A stretch of DNA of 62,258 bases, counting the filler, from Choristocarpus tenellus KU-1152 (taxonomy: Eukaryota > Protista > Phaeophyceae), in assembly GCA_964200185.2 (NCBI GenBank). It is 11 parts of 11 records of this genome, joined end to end, with 100 filler letters (N's around TTAATTAATTAA, not from the genome) between each part and the next. Parts side by side here need not be neighbours in the genome. Positions count along the whole stretch, not along the records: positions 10,418 to 15,253 come from CAXNAD020012867.1; positions 15,354 to 25,788 come from CAXNAD020002932.1; 9 more parts are not named here. One strand, 5' to 3'. The translations under genes were made by a program, and so were the position numbers. This document shows, in pieces, positions 13,072 through 25,213 of this stretch. Within the stretch, counting starts at the first letter, position 1. Every line of letters starts with the position of its first letter. A model generated the notes under the pieces. It was not told the DNA's origin. It did not search any database and saw nothing but the letters and a program-made list of their open reading frames with translations.

Positions 13072-14935
13072 ATGTCGACAGATGCCGAGACCAAGGTCGA
13101 GAAGGTTTGTGCTCTATTGCGTTGCATTTTTCTCTCGTTTGCCCTCGGACCGTCAGCAGTTTCGGCTTATTTCTTGCCCCATCCACGAGTGTCGCGTTGT
13201 CCCTTTTTGGCTGTTTTTGTGCCCATTGTTAAGTAAATATGTTCCTGCCAGATGTCTGCTTGCCATTTAAGACTGTAATGATATTTGGCGCTTGTGGTGG
13301 CATTATGGTCACATAGAAGCACCTCAACCCCCTCTCTACCATCGCCCACACATCACCTTTTGCAGCGAGAAAGGGAGGATGCCACCACCGAAACCGCTCC
13401 TCCAGACACCAAGAAGGTTAAGGTGAGCAGTTTTTCATAGAAGTAAAGACTATGTGATTCTATGGCAGGTAAATAGCCCGAGGGCAATACTTACCAATCG
13501 ACAAAGTTGTAAAAGTAGTCCCAGCCCACGCTTCTACAGGTAGCTACTCACTATTTGGCCCCCACTGAGTAGAAGAACCTGTCCGAGACCTTGACCATAT
13601 GCGTAATATTTCCATCGTATCTATTCCTTCATCCTGGCACCCTATCTCCCCGTGTGACAGGCTGATGATAGCACCAACGGGTCTGTCGAGGCTGTCCCGA
13701 CCCCAGCCCCCACTGCTTCGGTCGCCCCTGTCGAGGAGACTGCAGAAGTTTCCAAGTCTGAATCGATGGATGTAGAGGCTGCAACCGAATCGTCCATCCC
13801 CGCAAAGGAAGCGAAGAGTGATGACAAAGACGAAGTTACAAAAGACATCAATGCTCCAGAAACCGTTACGCCAGCACCAGCGGATGGGAAAGTGGAGACC
13901 GCACCCAAGGCCACACCGAAGAAGGAAGAGGAGCTGCCTCAATTGACTAAGGAGGAGCTGGAACTGGAGGCAACCAAGCTGCTCGAGTTCTACTTTGGGG
14001 ACTCGAACTTCGGCTGGGATCGATTCATGCAGTCTAAGGTGACTTGTCATAGCTGAGGGTGTCAATTTTGTACACATGTATCGCTCAGTCGTATCAATGC
14101 ATTTTGATTCGCAAAAGTGTTCACTTATCGTCAAGGTGTCCTTTCTGTGAAGATGATAAGGCAAGAACAGTACCACGGGTGCAGTGGTGGATACACCACT
14201 TTTGGTGTGCCTGTTGTTGCAACACGACCGATTACTTGTCTCCTTTTGTCACCACAATAAGTACATGTACAGTACGACAATAACCCTGATGCCAGTCTCA
14301 CACCTCCAGTAGAAGGTGATGCAGTTTCGGTGTTCTTGAGGTCTATTCCTTTGCATTTTTGACATTCCATTGCCCCCCGCCCTCGAACTCAAGAAAAACA
14401 TTTGTGTTGGTTGCGGTGCGAACTACTACATAGTATGTTCTTGCGAGTGCGAACTACTACATAGTATGTTCTTGCGAGTGCGAACTACTACATAGTATGT
14501 TCTTGCGAGTGCTTCCTTGTGTGACATACGAGTCCATTGTGTGTGTATGTGCGTTACTTTTTGCACTGGTGCATTAAGAAAAAGTCAACTCCTGAGTTCT
14601 GAGTTCAAAAAGTGAAAACCGTTTGTGATTCTCGGTATAAAGGTATAAAGGAATGCCCTATTCTCCTCCAACTCCTTCCACACAAGGAGCTCCCCCATGG
14701 TCACGTACTATGGATGCGTTTTTCAAGGGTCCAACCAACAACCACCACGCACAAAACAGTCCTTGGAATGGCGCAGAGAGAGGAGGATATCGATACAGTT
14801 TTTGTATTGGTGTTGGTTGGGATTGGAAAAATTTTATTATTTTGCATTTGCTGCTGCTGCACACAGAAACCAAGCTTTCAAACAACAATTGTATTAATTG
14901 AGCCAATCAACTGTCTTTCAATCTCTCTCTCTCTC

Positions 14936-14995
<60 letters not shown>

Positions 14996-15225
14996 TTCAC
15001 ACACACACACACACACAAGCTTTTTTTTCCTTGAATGCTTTTTGAAAGAAATATAAAGATAGTGACCCTCTCAACTCCTTCTATACTCGTTCGTACCCGT
15101 TTTGTCTCGGACAGGCGGGCAAGATGGGTGATGGTGTCATGGAGATAAAGGTCCTTCTCACGTTCAACAAGCTAAAGGTGGCTGTGAAGAGGGCTGGTCT
15201 GTCGGAGGAGGAAGCCACAGCCATG
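13072..15225 (+). CDS. La-motif RNA-binding protein (La/LARP family), 5' partial, 4 exons
   Basis: Exons 13072-13104, 13366-13422, 13661-14038 and 15115-15225, all phase 0 GT-AG. They encode an acidic N-terminus, then KLLEFYFGDSNFGWDRFMQSK-AGKMGDGVMEIKVLLTFNKLK, which matches the La motif (EyYFgD.Nl..D.F...G.v....l..FN.l). Confidence 0.9.
14416..14512. repeat. 31-bp minisatellite x3 inside La intron 3
   Basis: GTGCGAACTACTACATAGTATGTTCTTGCGA repeated head-to-tail with no spacers. Confidence 0.95.
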
Positions 15226-16232
15226 GTATGTCAATCGGGCGAATACAAGGGGGNNNNNNNNNNNNNNNNNNNNNNNNNNNNNNNNNNNNNNNNNNNNTTA
15301 ATTAATTAANNNNNNNNNNNNNNNNNNNNNNNNNNNNNNNNNNNNNNNNNNNNCCCCCCCAAGTGAAGTTGGCTCCTTGACCGATTATTTTTTTAATGTT
15401 TACTCCGCAAAAAATAAAAAATTACATATACATGTATATATTGCACACACAGTGAAAAATAAAGAAAAACTCTATTTCGATGTTGTAATATTATCAGAAA
15501 GCAGATTAGATTATAAATTATCAACTCATACTAATTACTTTCCCTGAACAAAAGGATGGATGGATGGATGGATGAATTTACCCTGAGAGGTGGCTCGTTC
15601 ATGGCATCAACATCTGTGTCAGATAATTTACAAACTTTGTAAAAAAAGAAAAATCTTCATTATTATTATTATTATTATCTTGAATGTCAAAAATAATGTG
15701 AAAACCAGTACAAAATAACAGATGCAAAAAGTCCTCTATACTACTAACACTAGTAATACTACTAACAATATCAATACCACTAATAACACTACAGGAACAT
15801 CACACCTCTCTCTATCTACACATTTGTCACACACATCTCACGCTAATAATGCTACACCACCATCACAAATAACGGCCAGATGAATATTATTATTATTACT
15901 AATAATATTCAAACACTCAAGGGTCAACCAATACAGACATCAAAATCAATGGGTTTGATACAATCCATGACATTTCCCAGACCCGGAAGTGTTTTGGCAG
16001 TAAATCGAAGACCACCCCGCAGAAATTTCCTCATGGTGCTCAGCAATATATTATTTTCCGTGAGGTGCTTCGCTTCTCTCTCTAGCAATATATATACACG
16101 TTTTGATTCCCATATTTTTCACTTTCTGTACGAATTTTAAAGTTTTAACATTAATAGATGCGCTTGCTTTCAGAGAAGAGCTGAGTTGAGCAGCCTCCTC
16201 CAACAACATTAATGGCACAAATACTGATCTTT

Positions 16233-16415
16233 GTTCACATAGTATGTTGAATATCACTGATTAATATTCACATAGTATGTTGATTATCACTAATTAATAT
16301 TCACATAGTATTTTGAGTATCACTAATTAATATTCACATAGTATGTTGAGTATCACTTATTAATATTCAAACAGTATGTTGAGTATCACTTATTAATATT
16401 CAAACAGTATGTTGA
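16233..16415. repeat. 33-bp AT-rich minisatellite, about 5.5 units
   Basis: Consensus TTCACATAGTATGTTGAGTATCACTAATTAATA. Confidence 0.92.
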
Positions 16416-16664
16416 ACCCCTACTTCATGTAGAAGGAAAATAGCACGTATATGTGAATAGTCTGTATATGTGTATGCGTATGTATATCCCACCAAGGACT
16501 AGACAAAAGACGCTAGTGTTGCATACTTTGTAATACAATCTTATGATCACATACTTAGTATTACATTGTTATCTCTAATTATTTAATTCTGGTGAAGACA
16601 AAACCCCTCATACTAGAAATAAAAATTCAATGCATTGTGTTAATAAAAAAAGACTAGCGCACCG

Positions 16665-16820
16665 ATACTATTAATATCTATACTGTATAATGTATCAGTA
16701 CTATTAATGTTCATACTGTGTACTGTACCAATACTATTAATATCTATATTGTATAGTGTATCAATACAACTAACATTAATATTGTGTAGTGTACCAATAC
16801 TATTAATGTTGCATAGTGTA
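16665..16820. repeat. Degenerate 33-bp minisatellite, about 4.5 units
   Basis: ATACTATTAATATCTATACTGTATAGTGTATCA-like units. Confidence 0.8.
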
Positions 16821-19049
16821 GTAGTACTGCAAATACTCTAGGCTTGAGAAAACTCTGTTCTCATTATTGGAAGGCATGAATGATGTATCTGAGCTTGTGA
16901 AAGTACAATCAATACACCATACACCACAAAATGAAGACACTTCCACATAATACAGTATGGCATTAATAATAATACAAATAATTATAAGATACTTCAGTTT
17001 TGGTACTTGAAATAATACATTCTACTATTGATACGCAGAGTACATGGTGTGCGTCCTAATACACACATAATATGTTCCAACATGCACATTAAATCTTCAC
17101 ATATTCACAGGACCCAACGTACACATGAAATTGTTCTCCTACGTCACCACCATATGCTCCAATAATAAACAAATGTACAGTAATAAGCATATCGTGCCTA
17201 ACCTGCACACAATACATAATATGAGTAGTAACTTCATACTGAAGGTACTGTGCAAAGTCAGTCTAACATAAAAATAAACAAGCACCGGCTCTTTTTACAA
17301 GACACAGAGAGAGTACAAGCAAAACGCCAATCAATCAATACTCGTGTCAATCAACCAATCGAATGCTACGACTGCATCCCTGACCTCATCTCTCACCTAC
17401 TCTTATCATAAAAAAAAGAGATCAAATTCGAGGAGGTTGCAGGCATGGAATAGACGTCGGAGTGAACGCCACTTCACAGAGGACACTGAACAAACAAACA
17501 AAAAAAAGAAGAAAGAGAGTGCTCACACCCAATGTTCATTCATGACACACACACAGATATCTCAAAACACCCACAAAAGCGAGTGATCAAAAAAAAGAAA
17601 AAAGGATGAGTCATCTATTTGCTTTGCATCGGTCAACCAACCAATCAAAACACACCAAACAAACGCCTGAGGGAAGCGATAGCAATAGCGATACGAGCTC
17701 CCGAGACTCCGCCTATTACAACACGCCTGATACAGGAGCAAAACTGAACACGCCTTGAGAGACCAGAGGAGGTTTTTGTCCATAACAGAACAAAGCAGCA
17801 AGTACAGGTGAGAGGCAGAGCGAAAAGCGCTCTAAAGAAAATCAGAAAAAGATCAATGGTAAGTACAATGATTGGATGGAGGGTAGGAGCACCGTTTGGG
17901 TTTTTCGCGCAGACTTTCTAGACGCATGAGTACATCATGCCCCTCCCCCCCCAAGAAATAAATAAATAAATCATCCAGCTCATTGGATGCCTGGCTTTGG
18001 CTGGGAAGGGTCATTTTGTCCGTCTCTTCAATAAAATCACATCAACACACACAACCGACCTGTCTCTTCAAAAATGTAGGTGGAGGTACAGCAATAGAAG
18101 GGAAGGGGTGTGGAATGTTGGTACTCTTCAATAAATAGAATAGAATGTAAATAAATAAATAGAAATAGAAATACAAATGCAAATGTAAAGGGGAGGACAG
18201 TGTGCCGATAGTTGTTGCATGTATCAACCTCTTCTTCAGGTCTAGCACTAGCTAGAAATATCATCGCCATTATTACTATTACTATAGCTATTACCATTAG
18301 TTTTAGTATTACTATTACCAGTACTAATATTATTAGTATTACTACTACCACTACTATTATTGCCGTTGTGCTTGTTTTCCCTTTGGGAGTGTAAAGCAAA
18401 TGGATTAAATCTGTTTTACTCAGGCAGTACAGAATGAATGTGAGAGAAATCGATGGCGGCATGATGTCATGATGTGGACAAACACTGTAGACAAACATTG
18501 TACCACCTGCCAGGTATAGACACAGTCAAGCCAAGCTGCCAACACATCAATACCTATTCAAGAGTTATCTCTGATTCTTCGTCAATATCAGCTGTGACCT
18601 GCACAATTTTGAACCACACTTGCATCCCAAGTTCACTCGCCTCCACATCCTTGCAACTCTTCCTTGCCACCTCTATGCTTGTTTATGGCACCAGCAACAT
18701 ACACCAGTCTGTAAATCAAACAGAGCTTGCGCTGGATATGAAGCACTCAGGAGTATGTTCTATGGTGGAACCATGGTGCTTTCCATATGCTGAGGTAGTA
18801 CTAGCAGTGATTGTATGGTACGATTCTATGGTACGATTCTATGATAGTCCCCCATCGCTGCATACCGTCTACTGATTGTTGCACAGAAAAAAACATGTGC
18901 TTTAAAAGTACCAGAAAGTTCTTGGAAGTTGAGTTGTGGAGGACCACATTGAGTACAACTTCGTTGACGATGGCTTTTCCCGCAGCAGGCAGTATCCAGT
19001 ACATTAACTAGGGTTATCCTATGTTGGGAGGTCACATGATAGTAGAGGA

Positions 19050-19250
19050 ACCACAGTAGTACCACAATGGTAGTGAGTAGTAGTACTTTGGTACCACATT
19101 GGTATCGTGGAAGTACGTTGTCAGCGAGTAGTGCTAATTTGGTATAATCACACTAGTACCACAGTAGTAACTCAGAGTAGTCAAGTATTTTTACTTTGTT
19201 GCCACAGTAGTACCACAGTAGTACCACAGTAGTACCACAGTAGTGAGTAG
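19050..19250. repeat. Degenerate 11-bp repeat CCACAGTAGTA
   Basis: Four tandem units at about 19202-19243, with decayed units upstream. Confidence 0.8.
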
Positions 19251-21048
19251 TGGTGAGCGGACTCAAACCTCCGTGGTTGTCTACCAGTTTCCGTCAAAGG
19301 ATTGCACAGTATCAAAACCTATCTAACCCAGTCAAAGTCGGACCACATTTCCATGAAAACACACTTTACATGGACCACACGGGAAGCTTAGCAAAATGGT
19401 ACACCACCTGTACCCTCCTGTCTGTCACTGAACCCATGCAAAGGAAACTCAGAAAAACCTGAACTGTACAGTGCCAAGGCGTCAAAAGGCTTCGGCATTG
19501 TCAGGTGAGTGAGTACTGCGAAAATATTTGAGAGAGGAATGGGATGACTGGACCCAATCAATCATGTGAGAACAATGCAAGGCAAATACAATTAACAACA
19601 GACAGCTCTGGGCGCAACTAAACGATGATCAATCTCACCTAATCTCACCTAATGAACCAACAACAATAGTGCATTGGGTACATATAGTGCCCCTGACCAC
19701 AAGCCAACAGGCCGGGAAGGTGTCGAGCTAGGCTCCTAGGCCTATACTAATGTACAGACAGATGTAGCAAGATAAGCGATACTACTACGGAGGCGCCATT
19801 GGCATACACACAATGCACTGCAACAACAACTACCTGGATGGGAATACCAACAAAAAACACTGTCAACTCGCCAACAAAGATAAAAAAGATAAAAAGATAA
19901 AAAAAGCCTTCTAGAGTTGAACTAGGTTTCACCGGAAAACACTACTGAAATCAATAATCGGTGGTGGGGTCCATTTAGTTTGGAAGTGGACAGTTAGTAG
20001 TGCCGGGTTTACCAGTTTCGACGGAAGAGATGTAAAAAACACGCCTCCAGAGATCCGCAGAGTGTCTTAACGTTTCCGACAAAAAAAGAAAACATGTTTT
20101 TCTCGAGTACTTCCCAAGCACTTAACTACTATTTTAGTACAAAGGTTGAATTTCAAAGGGTAACAAATAGTTTGTGCGGGAAAGACGGAAAAATCAGAAT
20201 TTGTCCCTATTATTATTATTATTATTATTGTCAGCAGTATCAGCTTTCCAACACATCCACAGTTGATTCCCAACTGCAACAATGAGGCCCTGTACAAATT
20301 CACTCTATCAAGTACACAATTCACACACACAAATATATGCGTGTGTGTGTGAATTGTGTATTTATACACACACATGTATGTACTTCTTCAAAGTCAGGCC
20401 AACTCAAATCTTCACACCATCATAATACGCCTCCGCATTTACTAGACAACGGATGCCATAGGGCGGCCAAACAGCCCCAGGCGATTGCTGGGTGGTGGGC
20501 AAGAAACAGAGCAAAAAAACACTTGAAGGGGCTTAGTCCTTGCTTTGCCAAACAAGAGACGTCGCAGACAAAACGGCCTCAAGCGTGTTCGCTTTTTTCT
20601 GAACACAAAAAATCATTAATTCGCCGCTTATTAAAACAAGATCAGAAAAAGCATTGCGGTGATACAGTACAATAACAAGACATATTTTTATTTTTTTCAA
20701 TATATATATATTTTTTACGTTTGTTATATTGCCGCTTTATTTTTCTCTGTTTGTCACTCTCTCCGGTTACAACCTCCGACTACAGGCTCGGGAACACCAA
20801 TCGTAAATTTCAGAATGTATATATATGTATGTATACAAATATATATTTTTAAATACAATTGAGCGAGAGCGTGATGGACATTGTTTAGGAGAACAGATGC
20901 TATAAAGAGCAATATGAGGTTGAGCATGTACTGGAGGACACACTCGTACCTAGTAAATGGAGCAGATATTTGTACTCAAGAGTGTGGGTGCTAGGCGCAG
21001 GCTTAGCACAAGACGGTGGACCTCACGGATTGAAGGGAGTCGGGTAAC

Positions 21049-21238
21049 ATATATATATATATATTAATGATAACATTAATATTTATAGTACTGTTATATA
21101 GTTTGAAGTATCATATATATATATATTAATGATAACATTAATATTGATAGTACTGTTACATAGTTTGAAGTATCATATGTATATATATATTAATGATAAC
21201 ATTAATATTTATAGTACTGTTACATAGTTTGAAGTATT
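21049..21238. repeat. About 62-66 bp tandem repeat x3
   Basis: (AT)n-TAATGATAACATTAATATTTATAGTACTGTTACATAGTTTGAAGTAT units. Confidence 0.92.
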
Positions 21239-22087
21239 AACTGCTGCGCTTGCAACAAAAGTTAAAAAATTGGACGTTCACCACCGGAGAAAGTTTTCAA
21301 TGGGAAGTAGCTAGTCATAAGTTTAAGGCTACCAAGGTGCGATCAACTTGTAGTGCTAGTTGTAGTGCTAGTTATAAGTTCCCCGAGATTGCCCCTCTTC
21401 CTGCTCAGGAATAAAGGTGACTCCACTACAGTCGATTGGTGATGGAGCGTTTGGTAGGAGTAGTGCCACGGTGTGAGGTAGTTAGGGTTAGGGTTAGTAT
21501 CACAACTATTAACCAACATCCCCGGTTCTAGCAGTCAGTTTGGGAACGAAAAAGAATGCACTGTGTATGTACTCTAGGTGTGCGGAGTTAGGAATTCCCT
21601 GTTTTCACAACACCTCTCTTGAACCCAGTGTGTTGTGAGAACCATATACTAGTACCAGTACTTCTGGTGCGACTGCGGTACATGTGGGGCAGTTACAAGC
21701 AGAGGAAGAAGTAGCAGTACAAGACAAGATTCCAGAATACAAACACTGCTTTGTACGCTGTAGCATCAATGCTCTACCAAGAAGGTACTCAATTTGTACT
21801 TCGTAATTTTCATGCATTATGATGAAACACGAAAATTGCACTTCAAAGTACCAGTACTGAAATTTGAATTGCCAATGATGTATTTGGATTTTGTGAGTGA
21901 CACCAACTTGATACATACAGTGCATTCGAACATCTCCTGCACAAATAAAAACGCTTCAAAAAAGTAACTTAACCACCACAAACCGCATCTCCTACGAAAA
22001 TCTCAACAAAGAGGTTAACCTGAAGGCCGTTGAGTACCAAACACCTTACACAAGATAGAAATGCATCATGAAAACAATGAAGTATCA

Positions 22088-23848
22088 CCTGCCCCCACAG
22101 AGTATCATGAAGAGGTGGTTGTATGCAATGCGATCGGGCTTCACATTTGAATCTTGCATGCCATCCATCACCTCCAACGCTAGCTGGCACACACTCTTTG
22201 AGAAAGTTTTCTCCTTCTTGGGCTTTAGAATGTTGACATCCCCCACCCTGGGTTTCCTCACCCCAAGGACACACAATCCAAAAATTGAAAACAAAAACTA
22301 GGGTTATGAACAAACACAATGAGACAATCACAATCATATGTAAGGTTCATTGGAAGCACAAGTGAGCAGTAAGCACAACGTTCACTAGAAGAGAGAAATT
22401 GGCTGAGAAGCAAGGGGCGTCATGGCAAGCACCCTCCCCACCTTGTCAGCTGTCGATCCTACCTTCTCCATCGACAGCTGAGTGATCTAGGTCAGTCCTC
22501 CACCCCCTTCTTCCCTTCAGTAGATGAACATTACAAAAATGAATTGGGAGAGGAGCATGGCAGCAACCGCCTGCCTTAGCCTTTTGGGAGAGCAAACTGA
22601 GCTCCACTGTTGAACACAACACAAACAGACCTGACCGCCTCATGTTGCACTGGTTTTCGACCTCGAGAAATGGCTGTAAGAGTCCAGGTGAACGCCTCCT
22701 TGTTAAGATGGATCTTCTTGGCTCTTGCCTCTCTCAGCATGTTGACAGCCACCCCCACCATCCCACTCCTAGCCACGGCACTGATTACGGCAGTAAGGCT
22801 TCCGGTACCGAGTGGCACCCTGGCTTTCTGAGACGTAAACAAGATAGTATAGTATTTAAGCACATTTGGTGCAAGAAGGGTACATACACGTAAGGAGGTG
22901 CGGAATTTGGGGACCAGGAGGTAGGCATGTCGTGCACACGGAGAAAGAAGAAAGTCGCACGAGCTGTGAGTAGAGTGTAATGGAGATCGGCTCTATGCTT
23001 AAGGGATATGAGAGGTTTGCTACGGACCACCACTGCACCTGTTGGTTGTCGCATTGCTGTCGCATTGCTGTGCCTAGAAACTGCACGCTGGATTGGCAGG
23101 ACGATATCACAGATTGCTCGATGATTTTACTTCAATGAATAACATCCCAATGTTTCACTGTATTTCAGCACCAGCGGCTCTAGCGGCAATGGACAAAAAT
23201 GTGCCAACCTTGCAGTTGAGGGTTTTTGCGACCTCAGAGGATACTAGAGGTCATTTTGTCTACCACTATACCGCTCCTACAGGTAACTGAACCTGTAACC
23301 ATCTTCCACCTAGAAGAGGAGACAACATTATGCAGACTCACTTTCATGTGTTCCAGCATTTCCATCGCTTCGGGACCACGGGCCTGTTTCGACAGAACCG
23401 TGAGTGCTGCGTTCCATGTTGGACGGTCAATGATCATCCCCTCCTCTTGCATATCCTTCATCACTCGTACAACTTGTACCCAACCCCCCGATTGTTCTGC
23501 TTCCTTCACCCGCCGAATACCTATGTTCGAAGGTCTACTTGTACCACCCCTTCCCATCAGCCGCTGATCCTTTCCTGAGTACTCAGCCTCAAGGGCTTTC
23601 CCCAGTGACCCAGGAGCTTCAGCAGATCTGGCAACCACATCTCTACAAAAAATTCCCTCCCGACGATTTAGAATAGATAGAACGGAAGGCCAAGGCCCGG
23701 TGATGCACGAACAGTGGTTGCGAGGTGGACAGAGGGTTGAGGTTGTAAGGCGTGTCCTTGCCATGTGTTTGGTATCCGTCGTTCCGACAACAAACGGGCG
23801 AGGCACGAACGCCCCAGAGTAACTAGGGAGGGACGAACCCTTCTCCAT
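22088..23848 (-). CDS. Pentatricopeptide-repeat (PPR) protein, partial, multi-exon
   Basis: One exon ends at 23342 (GWVQVVRVMKDMQEEGMIIDRPTWNAALTVLSKQARGPEAMEMLEHMK|gtgagt), one starts at 22827 (KARVPLGTGSLTAVISAVARSGMVGVAVNMLREARAKKIHLNKEAFTWTLTAI) and one spans about 22248-22088 (LALEVMDGMQDSNVKPDRIAYNHLF). All show 35-aa PPR consensus features (M...G..pD..twNa.l). Start codon and 3' exons are unresolved. Confidence 0.82.
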
Positions 23849-24315
23849 CTCTCCAGGGAATACGACTCCCTTAGTATGCTACCTTTCAGACCTACAATGC
23901 TATTAGTGTACATGTAACATGTGCTACTTACTACTAAGACCATGTTTGTTGAATGTAAATCTAGGGTCAGGGCTACTTCTACTATCACTTTTGTCTCTCA
24001 AAAATACATCACATCGAAACAGGTATGTTGTGAGGTGTACTCTTGGTTTCATCTCCAATCTCGTACATCACTCCCCCCCACTACCAAGCCTATCCTTCCT
24101 CTCTATATCCCTTTACGTTCGGGAAACCTACAGTGGGAGAGTGGAACCCAAGGCTAATCCGACGACCTGTCTCCGCCTTCAGCTTGCAACAACTTTCTTA
24201 TCTAGTGAGGTATTGACGACAACAAACTCTGCTGTCGACCCCTCCTCACTGGTCACGGCGAGGAGGGGGGGGAGGGAGGGGGTAAAACGGGGAGGTAATC
24301 GAACTATCTCGAGCC

Positions 24316-25213
24316 ATGAATAATGCGCCTGTGGATCCCTTGTCGTGGTATTATGAGATCCCGATCGTGACCAGGGTCTACCTCACGGCCGCCTTTTTGA
24401 CTACGGTGAGGAAAAATGCTATGGATGTTAAACAGCAGTTTGATTAGACTGGAGACCTTCCCGAACGCCAACATAAGTAGAAAAAACAATTGATACAGGG
24501 TTGGAGGCAAAGAACTTGATTGACCCGCCATGCTCAGCGAGCTTACCTTGCGTAGTCAGAGACAAGCCGACAAATCTGGCTTTGCGTTCGACTCAGGTCT
24601 ATTTTTTTTTTAAGTAGAGTCGTGAGATTATCAAGTGCTATTTGACCAGTGTTGAGATCCTGCTGCTCCTACGGCAATCCGTCCATGTAACCCCAGAGGG
24701 AGTCAAGCAGCGTTCGCTCCCGCACCATTCTTCCAGCAACAAGGAAAAGCCACAACTTCAATGCTTGTTTTTGAGAGCCAGTGTTACCATGTTGGGGCCC
24801 TTGCTATATTTATTCTCAGCCATGTGGAAACTAGTCGCTTTTGGGGTGTGAGCGGTGGGTGCGTATTGGGTAAGGATACCTTTGTCCTGTCAATGCTGTC
24901 TGAACGGTTACGACACACACGACGCCCCCTAGCACTTAAAATGTCATATTTTGCCCTAGCCACCGGCTCCTTTGTCTGGAACCGCCGTCAAATACCACCC
25001 ACCTCTCCCACGTCCTGCCTAATGCTCGGTGTTTACCGGCCTGCCCCCCAATTTCCCTTGGCTTAGGCTCTGTGCCAACTGGATGTGCTGTCATCTGTGC
25101 AGTTCTTCTTCAACTGGAAGCTCATCTGCAGGGGGCAGGTGTGGCGGCTGATCACCAACTTCTTGTTCTTCGGGGTCCTAAACAGAGACTTCTTATTCCA
25201 CATGTACTTCTTG
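24316..25213 (+). CDS. DER1: Derlin (Der1-like ERAD protein, Derlin-2 type), 5' partial, 2 exons
   Basis: Exons 24316-24405 and 25067-25213 (phase 0) give MNNAPVDPLSWYYEIPIVTRVYLTAAFLTT-ALCQLDVLSSVQFFFNWKLICRGQVWRLITNFLFFGVLNRDFLFHMYFL, with the IPxVTR, QxWRLxT and FLFHMYFL Derlin motifs. Confidence 0.95.

Noticed and set aside
14416-14512. CRISPR array (31-bp repeats; likewise the 33-bp and 49-bp arrays)
   Set aside because: Units are head-to-tail or separated by mutually related sequence, with no unique spacers and no cas genes, in a eukaryotic context.
18037-18498. Membrane protein ORF (poly-V/I)
   Set aside because: The hydrophobic run derives from a degenerate (TAC/TAT)n low-complexity tract.
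23800-23848. ASAFAP-like plastid motif (SGAFVP) in the PPR ORF
   Set aside because: No in-frame hydrophobic signal peptide precedes it, and a plausible acceptor near 23644 means this stretch may be intronic.
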